Assembly: GCA_964429695.1 (NCBI GenBank)
Contig: CAYSCS010000003.1
Coordinates: 6,704 to 70,703 of the forward strand
DNA: 64,000 nucleotides
Source: an uncultured Eubacteriales bacterium
GTDB taxonomy: Bacteria; Acidobacteriota; Aminicenantia; Aminicenantales; Aminicenantaceae
Reading direction: 5' to 3'
Each line of letters begins with the position of its first letter. The stretch's first letter is position 1. This document shows positions 39,619 through 49,826 of this stretch, piece after piece. The notes beneath the pieces are model-generated. The model was not told where the DNA came from and ran no database searches. It was given only the letters and a program-made list of their open reading frames with translations. The translations under genes and the position numbers were made by a program.

Positions 39619-40984
39619 TTTTCCCCCTTCCTCTCTCTTTCTTCAGAATCTCTCTTAAAGCCTCCTCAAGTCTTTCTATATCCTCTCTTTTATACACTTC
39701 TGTCACACAAAAAAGGGCACAATTTTTGAGCTCCGGATAAAATTTTTCAAGATCTAAGCCTCCGATTATTCCCTTTTCTCTAAGCTCATGCTGAATATCT
39801 TCATATTTTTGGGGGAACTCGACGACAAATTCATTAAAAAATTTTCCACCAAATTTCTGTCTTATACCTCCGATAGCTACCATCTTCTCCAGGGCAAAAT
39901 GAGCCTTCTGAATATTCTGCCAGGCCATTTCCCTTAAACCCCTTTTCCCCAAGCATTCCAGGAAAATTGTCGCCCGCAGGGCACACCAAGCTTGATTGGT
40001 ACATATGTTTGAGGTGGCTCTTTCTCTTCGGATATGCTGCTCCCTTGTTGAGAGGGTTAAAACATACCCTTTCTTTCCATCAGCATCCTTCGTCTCTCCC
40101 GCAATTCTCCCCGGGAATTGGCGAAGAAACTGCTTTGCACAAGCCATGAAACCAAGCGATGGACCTCCAAAACTCAGGGGCATCCCCAGAGCCTGACCTT
40201 CTCCACAAACAATATCCGCTCCTAATTTTCCTGGTGCTTCTAAAACACCAAGAGAAACGGGGTCTGTCACCACAACCACTGAGAGAGCACCCATTCCATG
40301 GGCAAGCTCTGAGACTGTGCTCACATCTTCTATTTCCCCAAAAAAATTCGGGGATTGAACCACAAACGCACATGTCTTTTCATCCAGACTTTCTTTGAGC
40401 TCTTCTAAACTGACCGTCCCCTCCCTTCCGTATCCAACTTCTTCTACAATAAGCCCCAGATTTCTCGCATAAGTTCGTACCGTGGCTCTGTACTCAGGAT
40501 GAAGCACAGAACTCAGAATGACCTTTGATCTTCCTATTATCCGGTTTGCCATCAACACAGCCTCTGCTACGCTCGAAGCTCCATCATAGAGAGAAGCGTT
40601 TGAGATCTCCATTCCTGTGAGTTGGCAAATCAGCGTTTGAAATTCAAAAATTGTCTGGAGAGTCCCCTGGCTTATCTCTGGTTGATATGGTGTGTAAGGG
40701 CTTAGAAACTCGCCTCTCGTGCTGAGATAGTCAACGCTCGAAGGAATGAAATGACGGTAAGCTCCTGCACCAAGGAAAGAGAGGAATTCCTGATATTTAT
40801 TCTCCTCTGCAAGGCTTTGGAAGTGCTGGAGAAGCTCAGGTTCTCGAAGAGGGGGTGGCACGTTGAGCTCTTTCTTTAGCCTCAGTTTTTCTGGAATCGA
40901 CTTAAAAAGCTCCTCAATAGACCCCACACCAATCTTCCCCAGCATTTCTTTCTTATCTTCCTCACTCAACGAAATATAGCTCAT
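39611..40984 (-). CDS. gcvPA: Glycine dehydrogenase (decarboxylating) subunit 1.
   Basis: This is the P-protein N-terminal half (FLGAGAYRHFIPS, LSTREQHIRRERATSNICTNQ). It overlaps gcvPB by 8 nt. Confidence 0.9.
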   Translation of the reverse strand: MSYISLSEEDKKEMLGKIGVGSIEELFKSIPEKLRLKKELNVPPPLREPELLQHFQSLAEENKYQEFLSFLGAGAYRHFIPSSVDYLSTRGEFLSPYTPYQPEISQGTLQTIFEFQTLICQLTGMEISNASLYDGASSVAEAVLMANRIIGRSKVILSSVLHPEYRATVRTYARNLGLIVEEVGYGREGTVSLEELKESLDEKTCAFVVQSPNFFGEIEDVSTVSELAHGMGALSVVVVTDPVSLGVLEAPGKLGADIVCGEGQALGMPLSFGGPSLGFMACAKQFLRQFPGRIAGETKDADGKKGYVLTLSTREQHIRRERATSNICTNQAWCALRATIFLECLGKRGLREMAWQNIQKAHFALEKMVAIGGIRQKFGGKFFNEFVVEFPQKYEDIQHELREKGIIGGLDLEKFYPELKNCALFCVTEVYKREDIERLEEALREILKKERGRGKND

Positions 40985-41014
40985 TTATTCAATCCTTTTC
41001 TAAAGTAAAATTTT

Positions 41015-41401
41015 TTAATCTTGGATTCCCTCCAAATAACTCTCGTACTCCGCCGCTGACATCAATTTCTCCAATTCACTTTTATCTTTTATTTTAAGAC
41101 GAATGATCCATCCTTCTCCATGGGGGTCTTGGTTTACTATCTCTGGAGAATCATTCAATTTTTTGTTAACCTCGATGACCTCACCAGAAAGCGGTGAATA
41201 TATATCAGAGACAGCCTTCACCGATTCTATCACACCTATCGTCTGATGAAATTCAAGTTGAGTTCCCACTTCTGGTAATTCGATATAGACTACATCGCCC
41301 AGCTGTTTTTGAGCAAAATCTGTTATCCCCACAACTGCCTCTTCTCCTTTAACCTGAACCCACTCATGGTCTTTAGTATAATAATAATCATTGGGATACA
41401 T
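41015..41401 (-). CDS. gcvH: Glycine cleavage system H protein.
   Basis: The lipoyl-lysine motif ESVKAVSDIYSPLSGEV is present. The protein is 128 aa. Confidence 0.9.
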   Translation of the reverse strand: MYPNDYYYTKDHEWVQVKGEEAVVGITDFAQKQLGDVVYIELPEVGTQLEFHQTIGVIESVKAVSDIYSPLSGEVIEVNKKLNDSPEIVNQDPHGEGWIIRLKIKDKSELEKLMSAAEYESYLEGIQD

Positions 41402-41523
41402 AGAGGTCCTCCCTTTTATATTTTAATCTAAAAGAATTTCTAAACCGAGTTTTAGGTTTATATTCTCCATTTCTCTCTTATAGAATCTCAAAGATGCATG
41501 GTTTGCAATTTAAGGCCTCCAGG

Positions 41524-42618
41524 CTATTTTCCGTTTTTTCTCTTGTAAAAAGGCGTGGGGACGACTCTAGCCTTGAGGCGTCTTTCTCTTACCCCAATCT
41601 CGAACTCCGTTCCTGGAGCAGAGTACTCCAGAGGGAGATAAACTAAACCTATACTCTTCTTTAGATAGGGAGAATAGCTCCCTGAAGTTACCTCTGAAAC
41701 TTTTTTACCTTCGATAAAAACAGGATAATGGGGTCGAGCAATCCCCCTGCTGATAATTTCAAAACCGACGAGTTTTCTCTTGATTCCTTCTTTCTTTTGA
41801 TTCAAGAGGGCTTCTTTTCCTAGGAAATCGGACTTTTCGAACTTCACCATCCATCCCAGGCCTGCCTCAAGGATAGAAGTTGTCTCATCTATATCGTTTC
41901 CATAAAGCATCAGCTTTGCTTCCAAGCGCAGGGTATCCCGGGCTCCCAGCCCTGCAGGGAGAAGCCCAAAGCTTTCTCCCCTCTTCAAGATTGCCTCCCA
42001 GATTAGTTCAGGATGAGGGGAGAGTGTATAGATTTCAAAGCCATCTTCACCAGTGTAACCAGTTCGAGAAATCATCACCTCCTCACCCTCAATCTTTCCT
42101 CTTGCTGACCAGAAAGGCCTCATCTCTTCCAAATTAATTGTGGTGAGTGGCTGAAGAATTTGTTGGGATTTTGGCCCCTGTAGGGCAATCTGGGTATAGT
42201 CATCGCTTTTGTTTACGACTTCAACCTCAAAATTTTTGGCATGAGAGAGAATCCAGGCAAAGTCTTTCTCCGTATTTGCAGCATTAGTCACCAACAGATA
42301 TTCTTCCCCTCCAAGATTATAAACAAGAATGTCATCCACAAAAGTTCCTTTAGATGTTATCAGGGCTGAATATTGAGCCCTGTTAGGTTCGAGCCTCGAA
42401 ACATCATTCGGAGTGAGATACTGAAGGAAGTCAAGCGGCCTCTTCCCCCGGACTATTATCTCTCCCATATGGCTAACATCAAAAAGACCGGCTCTTTCGC
42501 GTACAGCCAGATGTTCCTCAATTATGCCCTTGAATTCGAGAGGCATTTCCCAGCCAAAGAATTCAATCATTCTTGCACCAAGCCTCTTATGAGAAGAGTA
42601 AAGGCGTGTTCTTTTCAT
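41524..42618 (-). CDS. gcvT: Aminomethyltransferase (glycine cleavage T protein).
   Basis: The GcvT family pattern is present (GLFDVSHMGEI, RLEAKLMLYGNDI). Confidence 0.9.
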   Translation of the reverse strand: MKRTRLYSSHKRLGARMIEFFGWEMPLEFKGIIEEHLAVRERAGLFDVSHMGEIIVRGKRPLDFLQYLTPNDVSRLEPNRAQYSALITSKGTFVDDILVYNLGGEEYLLVTNAANTEKDFAWILSHAKNFEVEVVNKSDDYTQIALQGPKSQQILQPLTTINLEEMRPFWSARGKIEGEEVMISRTGYTGEDGFEIYTLSPHPELIWEAILKRGESFGLLPAGLGARDTLRLEAKLMLYGNDIDETTSILEAGLGWMVKFEKSDFLGKEALLNQKKEGIKRKLVGFEIISRGIARPHYPVFIEGKKVSEVTSGSYSPYLKKSIGLVYLPLEYSAPGTEFEIGVRERRLKARVVPTPFYKRKNGK

Positions 42619-42740
42619 CGTTTTCCCTTTTTTGTTCTTATTGAATTTAATTTACTATCATATATTCCTCTTCGATGCAAGGGTGATTAATTATTTCGGC
42701 TTGTCCGCCATAAAAAATTTGTTATAATTAAACAAACAAG

Positions 42741-44678
42741 ATGATTGGATTTAAGAATTCTTTAAGAAAAGAAATATTCAGAAGGCTGGAGCAAAAATAT
42801 CCATTAGCCCTTGAGGACCTTGATTTTAGCTACACGCCCAAGCCTGAACTAGGAGACTTGGCCCTCTCTTTTCCTTTTCAGCTTGCCAAAAAATTAAAGC
42901 TACCAGCCAACAAGATTGCAGCAGAATTGATTCCTTTTTTTTCTAATCTCAAAGGAGTAAAAGAAGCCCAAGTGGCGGGAGGTGGATATATCAATCTACA
43001 TCTTGACAGAGAAAAATTTTTCATCTCTCAACTCTCTTCATACGAAAAATCTTTCTTGGAGCCTGAAGAAGAAAAAATAATCATCGAGCACACAAACATC
43101 AATCCCAACAAGGCTGCTCACATCGGTCACTTACGCAATGCTTGCCTCGGGGACACACTCGCAAGATGCCTCCGTTACAAAAAAGAAAAGGTTGAAGTCC
43201 AGAATTACATAGACGACACAGGGGTTCAGGTCGTGGATGTAGTCTTCGGGTTTATGGAAATGGAAAAGAAGTCCCTCGAAGAGATAGAGAAAATACAAGG
43301 CAAATTTGATTATTATTGCTGGGACCTCTATACGCGAGTCTCTTCTTACCTCAAAAATCACCCCGAAGCACAGCAGAAAAAGTCAGAGATTTTAAAAAGA
43401 GTTGAGGAAGGAAAAAATCCAGAAGCCCAGATCGCAGCCCACATCTCCCGCCGAATTCTCAAGGCACATCTAAGAACCATGAAAAGAATAGACGTCAGTT
43501 ATGACCTCCTCCCCTGTGAGAGTAGTATTCTCAGGCTAAAGTTCTGGGAGAAAGCATTTGAAAGCCTCAAGGAAAGGAAGGCCATCTATTTAGCTAAAGA
43601 AGGGGCGAATAAGGGATGCTGGGTGATGAAGGTTGAGGGAGATGAAGAAAAAGAAAAGATTATCGTTCGCAGTGACAATACAGTCACCTATGTGGGAAAA
43701 GACATTGCCTACCAGCTCTGGAAATTTGGTTTGTTAGGAATGGACTTCTATTATGAGCCTTTCCTTCAAGACAACGGGAGAACAATCTGGATAACGACTT
43801 CTTATCCAAGATACGAAACACCTTCTTTCGGAAAAGGAAGCCTTGTCTACAATGTCATAGATTCAAGACAGGCTTATCTCCAGAAGATTGTCGTCCAAGG
43901 TCTCAAAGCTCTAAAATACCTCTCTCAAGCAGAAAAATCAATCCACTTCTCCTACGAAATGGTTGCCCTCTCCCCCAAGAGTTTGAAGGAGCTCAACCTC
44001 AAGCTCTCTAATGAAGAAAAAGAAAAGGCCTTCCTTGAAGTCTCCGGAAGAAAAGGAGTTGGGATTAAGGCTGACGACCTTCTGGATAGCCTAGAAGAAA
44101 AGGCTTTTCGAGAAGTCGAAAAAAGAAACCCCCATCTTACTTTCGAAGAGAAAAAAAGCACTGCTTGGAAGATCGCCTGTGGTGCCTTACGCTATTTCAT
44201 GCTCAAATTTGCTCGGAATTCTCTCCTCGTTTTCGACTTCGAAGAAGCCTTGAATTTTGAGGGTGAAACAGGTCCCTACCTTCAATATACCCTGGTAAGG
44301 TTAAACAGCATCTTCCGCAAGTTGGAAGAGAGAGAGGGGAAGGAAGAAAGACAAGTCTTTGAGATTCTCAACAGCGGTGAATTTTCGCTTGATTCACTCG
44401 GAGAACAGGAAAAAGCGGATTTCTGGGATCTCTTTCTCTTCGCTTCCCAATTCGAAGAAGAAATACTCCATTCAATTCGCTCCCTTGAATTCTCTCACCT
44501 TGCCAAATTCACTTTCAACCTTTGCCAAAAATTCAATTCATATTATCATCTATATCCGGTTCTGGCTGAAAAAGATATTATTATTAAAAATACTCGCATC
44601 TTAACCATTTTTTACATTAAAGAAGTTCTCAAGCGCATGCTTTCCCTAATGGGGATTCCTCAACCAGAGAGGATGTAA
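42741..44678 (+). CDS. argS: Arginine--tRNA ligase.
   Basis: The class I HIGH motif sits in NPNKAAHIGHLRNACLGD. The DALR anticodon-binding C-terminus ends ...PERM, as in E. coli ArgRS. Confidence 0.85.
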   Translation: MIGFKNSLRKEIFRRLEQKYPLALEDLDFSYTPKPELGDLALSFPFQLAKKLKLPANKIAAELIPFFSNLKGVKEAQVAGGGYINLHLDREKFFISQLSSYEKSFLEPEEEKIIIEHTNINPNKAAHIGHLRNACLGDTLARCLRYKKEKVEVQNYIDDTGVQVVDVVFGFMEMEKKSLEEIEKIQGKFDYYCWDLYTRVSSYLKNHPEAQQKKSEILKRVEEGKNPEAQIAAHISRRILKAHLRTMKRIDVSYDLLPCESSILRLKFWEKAFESLKERKAIYLAKEGANKGCWVMKVEGDEEKEKIIVRSDNTVTYVGKDIAYQLWKFGLLGMDFYYEPFLQDNGRTIWITTSYPRYETPSFGKGSLVYNVIDSRQAYLQKIVVQGLKALKYLSQAEKSIHFSYEMVALSPKSLKELNLKLSNEEKEKAFLEVSGRKGVGIKADDLLDSLEEKAFREVEKRNPHLTFEEKKSTAWKIACGALRYFMLKFARNSLLVFDFEEALNFEGETGPYLQYTLVRLNSIFRKLEEREGKEERQVFEILNSGEFSLDSLGEQEKADFWDLFLFASQFEEEILHSIRSLEFSHLAKFTFNLCQKFNSYYHLYPVLAEKDIIIKNTRILTIFYIKEVLKRMLSLMGIPQPERM

Positions 44679-44811
44679 GAGGAGAAAGAGAGAAATCATG
44701 CATGAAGCTAAGAGTTTCAGGAAAAGGGATTAACAAATCAGAACTCAATTCTGTATAATTAACCTTAATTAACTTTCTAAAAATTAAGAACAATTGAAAT
44801 AAAGAAATGAT

Positions 44812-45762
44812 TTGAACTCGATAAGGAGTTTGAAGATGATTAAGGTAGAGCATCTTACCAAGAAATATGGCGACTTGATTGCCATTCAGGACTTAAGTTT
44901 TGAGGTTGAAAAAGGGAAAATTTGGGGGCTTCTCGGTCCCAACGCAGCAGGAAAGACTACCACAATGAGGATCCTCACTGGCTACCTTCCTGCTACAGAA
45001 GGAAAAGCTTCGGTGGCCGGCTACGATGTCTTTGAAGCGCCCAAAGAAGTGAAAAAGGTCACAGGATACTTACCTGAAAACTTGCCTATTTATCCTGAAA
45101 TGACAGTGGAATCTTACTTAAAATTTGTCTCTGAAATAAAGCAGATCCCTCAACCTAAAAGAAAACAGTCTCTAGAGAAAGCCATCGAAATAAGCGGTCT
45201 TCAACCTGTGAGGAAGAGGTTGATAAGGAACATTTCCAGAGGATTCAAGCAGAGGGTAGGCATAGCCCAGGCTTTAATCCATTCTCCCCAGGTTTTGATT
45301 TTGGATGAACCGACCATCGGGCTTGACCCTGCTCAAATCATCGAAATTCGAAAACTCATCAAATCCTTAAAGGGAGAGCGAACTATAATTCTCTCGACAC
45401 ACATTCTTGCTGAAGTAACCCAAACCTGCGATGGGGTGGTGATAATCAACGAAGGTAAATTGATGGCCTCAGGCTCTATTGAAGAGTTGACTGCTTCCTT
45501 CAGGGATAAAGAAGGAGTATTTTTAAAAGTTAAAAAGGGTGGGCTAGAGACCTTCTACCTCCTTAAAGGGATTAAAGGAGTGGAAAATGTGACTCAAGAA
45601 GCGGATGGGTTTAAGATAGAGTGGTCGAAAGGGAACGACATCAGAGATGAGCTCATTAAAATGATCGCTCAAAAAGACTTAGGCCTGCTGGAGATGAGGC
45701 CTCTCGCCATGAACATCGAGGACCTTTACTTAAAAGCTATCTCTGGAGGTATGGAAAGATGA
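44812..45762 (+). CDS. ABC transporter ATP-binding protein (GldA-like).
   Basis: Walker A is GPNAAGKTT, the signature is ISRGFKQR, and Walker B is LILDEPTIGLD. Confidence 0.85.
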   Translation: MNSIRSLKMIKVEHLTKKYGDLIAIQDLSFEVEKGKIWGLLGPNAAGKTTTMRILTGYLPATEGKASVAGYDVFEAPKEVKKVTGYLPENLPIYPEMTVESYLKFVSEIKQIPQPKRKQSLEKAIEISGLQPVRKRLIRNISRGFKQRVGIAQALIHSPQVLILDEPTIGLDPAQIIEIRKLIKSLKGERTIILSTHILAEVTQTCDGVVIINEGKLMASGSIEELTASFRDKEGVFLKVKKGGLETFYLLKGIKGVENVTQEADGFKIEWSKGNDIRDELIKMIAQKDLGLLEMRPLAMNIEDLYLKAISGGMER

Positions 45763-46526
45763 GAAACATCTGGGCAATTTTTAAGAAGGAGGTAAAAACC
45801 TATTTTACCTCTCCTATTGCATATGTGGTCATTACAGTTTTCATGGTGCTGGTGGGATTTTTCTTTTACAGCCTTATCTGGTGGTTCAACTCTCAATCCC
45901 TCCAAATGGCTCGCAACCCTTATTATCTCCAACAACTCAACATAAATCAGATGGTGTATGCCCCTCTTTTCCACAACATAAGCATAGTGCTTCTGCTGAT
46001 GCTTCCCTTGCTCACAATGCGTCTCTTTTCTGAAGAAATAAAGATTAAAACCGATGAGCTCCTTTACACTTCCCCCCTCTCGGTGGGAGAAATCATCCTT
46101 GGTAAGTATTTTGCTTCCCTCTTTGTCCTCTTAGTGATGCTCTTTCTCTCTGGAATTCTTTCAATCTTTACCTTTGTTCATGGTAACCCAGAAATTGCCC
46201 CTATTCTTATCGGATATCTAGGATTATTTTTAATGGGAGCTGCCTTCATAGCCGTGGGGATCTTTTTCTCCTCTCTAACAGAAAATCAGATAGTTTCCGC
46301 CATCCTGACTTTTGGTGCACTCCTCCTTTTCTGGATTCTCAACTGGGCTTCTTATTCAGCGGGTGGTGCCTGGAAGGATATCCTGAATTATCTCTCCTTC
46401 TTTCAGCATTTCGATGATATGACAAAAGGAATCCTCGATACGAGCGACCTCATTTATTATCTAAGCTTTGCTTTCTTCGGGCTTTTCCTGACCCACTCTG
46501 TGATTCAATCCCGAAGGTGGAGGTAA
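45759..46526 (+). CDS. ABC-2 type permease (GldF-like).
   Basis: It has six predicted TM helices and is translationally coupled to the ATPase gene. Confidence 0.7.
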   Translation: MRNIWAIFKKEVKTYFTSPIAYVVITVFMVLVGFFFYSLIWWFNSQSLQMARNPYYLQQLNINQMVYAPLFHNISIVLLLMLPLLTMRLFSEEIKIKTDELLYTSPLSVGEIILGKYFASLFVLLVMLFLSGILSIFTFVHGNPEIAPILIGYLGLFLMGAAFIAVGIFFSSLTENQIVSAILTFGALLLFWILNWASYSAGGAWKDILNYLSFFQHFDDMTKGILDTSDLIYYLSFAFFGLFLTHSVIQSRRWR

Positions 46527-46529
46527 AGC

Positions 46530-48119
46530 ATGGAAAAAATCAAAAAAAACATGAATTACATCGCCATTGCCCTGATATTCATATCTTTCGTGTTGTTTAA
46601 GATATGGCCATACAAAAAGTTTCTCTCCTTAATCTTTCTTGTCTTGGGAGCTCTGGTTTTAGTAGTCTATGTGCTCATCAACATTTCAACCCTAAGGCAG
46701 AGCCTCAAGAGAAAATCATTCTTATATTCGAGCAACCTTCTTCTTATCATTCTCCTCGTTCTGGGCATCCTGGTCCTCATCAATTCCTTTCTCGCCCGAC
46801 ATCACTACAGGTTTGATTTCACCGAAGCAAAACTCCATAGCCTTTCTGACCAATCAGTCAATGTCCTCAAAAACCTGAAAGATGAGGTCCGCATAAAGCT
46901 CTTTTTCAGAGAAGATAACTTCAGCCGACAGAAAATGGAACACTTGATGAAAATCTATGCTTATCATTCAAAAAAAATTAAATATGAATTCATAGACCCT
47001 GATAAAAACCCTGGGCTTGTCAAAAGATACGAAATCTCAGAAGATGGGACGACCATTTTCGAATATGGAGACAAGGAAAGCCGTATCACTTCTTCTAACG
47101 AAGAGGACATAACCAATGCCATCATCAAGATAACACGAGAAAAGAAAAAGGACATCTATTTTCTCGAAGGACATGGAGAAGCAAGCATAGAGGAAACCCG
47201 GGAGAGAGGGTATTCCCAAGCTAAAAGCGAGCTTGAAAAATTAGGATATGAAGTCAAAAAACTCAGCTTAGCCCTTTCTGAAACTTTTCCTAAAGACTGC
47301 ATGCTTCTCGTCATCGGAGGACCCGAAAAAGACCTGCTTCCTCATGAACTTGAGACAATTAAGGATTATATTTTCCAAGGTGGAAGGGTTTTCTTGATGG
47401 TTGACCCGGAGAATTCCCCTGGGCTCAAGCCTTTCCTCAAGGATTTTGGAATAAAACTCGAAGATGACCTTATCGTGGACCCTGTTTCCCGTCTCCTAGG
47501 AGGAGATTATTTCATGCCAGTGGTGAGTGAGTATGAATACCATGAAATAACCAAGAGGTTTCGCTACGCTACCTTTTTCCCTTATGCTCGCTCTGTGGAT
47601 AAGGCAGATGAAGTCCCTGAAGGATTAACAGTGGAAGTAATTGCAAAAACAAGTTCCAATGCTTGGTCAGAAAGAGAACTCGATCAAAGACAGGTTAGAT
47701 TTAACAAGGATAAAGATAAAGGAGGTCCAATACCCGTGGCGGTTGTGACTAAAATAAAGCAGAAACAGGAAACTCAGGAGAGCAACAGAGCAGAAGATGA
47801 GGAAGAAATTCAAGGCGAAAAGAGTGCTGAAAAAGAAAAATCAGGAACAGAAGGACGCCTTGCGGTTTTTGGGGATTCAGACTTTGCCACAAATAATTAT
47901 TATAATTTATCCGGGAACGGAAATTTGTTCCTCAACACAATCAACTGGCTGACAGAGGAAGCCGACCTCATCTCCATCCAGCCCAAAACCCAGTCTCCAA
48001 AGACCATCCATCTTACTCCATCTCAGGGAAGAATGATTTTCTTCGTTTCTTTAATCATCCTTCCCCTTATCATCCTGGTAAGCGGTGTCTCAATCTGGAT
48101 AAGGAGGAGAAACCTATGA
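46530..48119 (+). CDS. GldG-like ABC-transporter auxiliary component.
   Basis: It has an N-terminal TM segment, a large periplasmic domain and a C-terminal TM segment. The size of about 530 aa and its position after the ABC-2 permease match the GldG family. Confidence 0.6.
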   Translation: MEKIKKNMNYIAIALIFISFVLFKIWPYKKFLSLIFLVLGALVLVVYVLINISTLRQSLKRKSFLYSSNLLLIILLVLGILVLINSFLARHHYRFDFTEAKLHSLSDQSVNVLKNLKDEVRIKLFFREDNFSRQKMEHLMKIYAYHSKKIKYEFIDPDKNPGLVKRYEISEDGTTIFEYGDKESRITSSNEEDITNAIIKITREKKKDIYFLEGHGEASIEETRERGYSQAKSELEKLGYEVKKLSLALSETFPKDCMLLVIGGPEKDLLPHELETIKDYIFQGGRVFLMVDPENSPGLKPFLKDFGIKLEDDLIVDPVSRLLGGDYFMPVVSEYEYHEITKRFRYATFFPYARSVDKADEVPEGLTVEVIAKTSSNAWSERELDQRQVRFNKDKDKGGPIPVAVVTKIKQKQETQESNRAEDEEEIQGEKSAEKEKSGTEGRLAVFGDSDFATNNYYNLSGNGNLFLNTINWLTEEADLISIQPKTQSPKTIHLTPSQGRMIFFVSLIILPLIILVSGVSIWIRRRNL

Positions 48120-49468
48120 AATTCAAGACAACGATTATCCTCTTCGCAATCTTCATCGCTCTCCTCGGATTTTTCTTCTTCTTCGAGCGCTTGAACATAT
48201 CAAAAAAGAAAGAAGAAGAAAAACTCGTCTCCCTTCCCAAGGAGGACATCCAGAAGATTGCCTTCAAAACAGACGACGAGAACATCGTCTTTGAGAAGGA
48301 GAAGGAAGAGTGGCTGATCAAGGTTCCCCTTGAAGCAAAGGCAGATGGCTATGAAGTCAATCGTTTAGCAGAGAACTTCTGTGATTTGAAAATAGAGAGG
48401 GTAGTTGAAAAAGATGCCCAAGACTTAGAGAAATATGGAATACCAGGCAAAGAAATAAAATTGTATTCCAAGGGAAAAGAGCAACCTCTGACAATTCTGA
48501 TTGGGAATGAGAATCCAATTGACAAGACTTTCTTTGCCAAGAGAGAAGATGAAACAAGGGTTGTTCTTATTCCCAGCTATCTCAGCAGTCTCCTCGATAA
48601 CAAGGTCTTCGATTTTCGCCAGAAAGATATTTTCAAATTTGAAACGGATGAGGTAAAAAGAATAAAACTTCGGGCAAAGGAAATAACCTGGGATGGAGAG
48701 AAGAGAGAAGACGAATGGTTCCTTACTAAGCCTGTAGAGGCTCTAGCTCGAAAATCCAGGATTGAAGACATTCTCTATTCTCTTTCCAATCTCAAGGCTA
48801 AAGAATTCATATCGGAAAAAAAGACCGATGAGGAGCTCAAATCTTACAGGCTTCAAGAACCGGAGTATGAAATCGTCCTCTCGATGCCTTCTAAAAACCA
48901 AGAAGTAACTTTTCTCCTCAACAAAAAAGATGAAAAACTTTATGCAACTACTTCACTCTCGACAAAAATCATTTCTATTGAAGATTACATCCTTTCTGAC
49001 CTTGAGAAAAAGGTCGAAGAGTTGCGCGAAAAAAAGGTGGCGGATTTCTATGCTTGGGAAGTGAATAGAATCTATCTGAAAAAGGGAGAAATCGAAATAG
49101 ATGCAGAAAAAGGAGAGGGGGAAAAATGGCACCTCAAAACTCAACAAAAACAAGAATTAGAAAAAGATAAATTAGAGGCATTCATTCGAAAAATAGAGGG
49201 ATTAGAGGCAGAAGAATTTATCGACCCTCCTTTTAAGCTGGAAGATTATGGTCTCGTCAACCCTCAAGGGCAGATAAAGATAGGGATAAAGGAGAAAGAG
49301 AAGCTAAAAGAAATAGTCATTTTCTTAGGCAAGGAAGATAGTGAAAATAAAAAGATATTTGTGAAGAACGAAAGGCTCGGATACCTCTTCCTTGTTCCTT
49401 CTTCTTTTCTTGACGAATTTCCAAAAACGCAAGAGGAGTGGATAGTAAAGAAAGAGAAAAAAGACTAA
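48116..49468 (+). CDS. DUF4340-like protein, a GldG-associated component.
   Basis: It has an N-terminal TM anchor followed by a long K/E-rich repetitive domain, and it overlaps the GldG-like gene. DUF4340 proteins typically follow GldG. Confidence 0.5.
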   Translation: MKFKTTIILFAIFIALLGFFFFFERLNISKKKEEEKLVSLPKEDIQKIAFKTDDENIVFEKEKEEWLIKVPLEAKADGYEVNRLAENFCDLKIERVVEKDAQDLEKYGIPGKEIKLYSKGKEQPLTILIGNENPIDKTFFAKREDETRVVLIPSYLSSLLDNKVFDFRQKDIFKFETDEVKRIKLRAKEITWDGEKREDEWFLTKPVEALARKSRIEDILYSLSNLKAKEFISEKKTDEELKSYRLQEPEYEIVLSMPSKNQEVTFLLNKKDEKLYATTSLSTKIISIEDYILSDLEKKVEELREKKVADFYAWEVNRIYLKKGEIEIDAEKGEGEKWHLKTQQKQELEKDKLEAFIRKIEGLEAEEFIDPPFKLEDYGLVNPQGQIKIGIKEKEKLKEIVIFLGKEDSENKKIFVKNERLGYLFLVPSSFLDEFPKTQEEWIVKKEKKD

Positions 49469-49496
49469 ATTTCAGAGCCATAAATCAACCTTATAG

Positions 49497-49738
49497 AAAA
49501 TTTAGCTCTTCTCCAAATTAGTTGGTGAAAATATGATATCTCATAGAGGAGAGAAGACTAATAACTTCTTCCTTTTGTTAGAGTTCTGCCAATTCAAAAC
49601 GCTTAGGAGATACTCCCTTCGTACTCACTTTGATATTTTGAATCTTAAGCCTCCCTCTTATTCCAATGAAATCTTATAGTTACGCGTCCAGATATTCAAT
49701 TTTTTATCAACTAATCGGGAGATAATCCTAAAATTTTT
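49497..49738 (+). repeat. Copy A of a roughly 240-bp intergenic repeat family with imperfect terminal inverted repeats.
   Basis: About 90% identity to the copies at 58307-58548 (minus strand), 60044-60285 and 63076-63316. The 5' end is AAAATTTAGaCTCTTCTCCAAATTAGTTGGTGAAAATATGATATCTC and the 3' end is TTTTATCAACTAATCGGGAGATAATCC. The reverse complement of the 3' end pairs with the 5' end. Confidence 0.7.
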
Positions 49739-49826
49739 ACTCCTTAATTATCTCAAAAATAAACCACTGACTCGACAATCAATTTCTTACTCGATATAAT
49801 CAAAATCAATAAAATTTAAGAAAAAA

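Noticed and set aside
42619-42740. A glycine riboswitch upstream of gcvT (minus strand).
   Set aside because: The leader is only about 120 nt and lacks the conserved GGAGAG/CUCUGGAGAG and ACCGAAGGGGCAA elements. It is more likely a compact divergent promoter region shared with argS.
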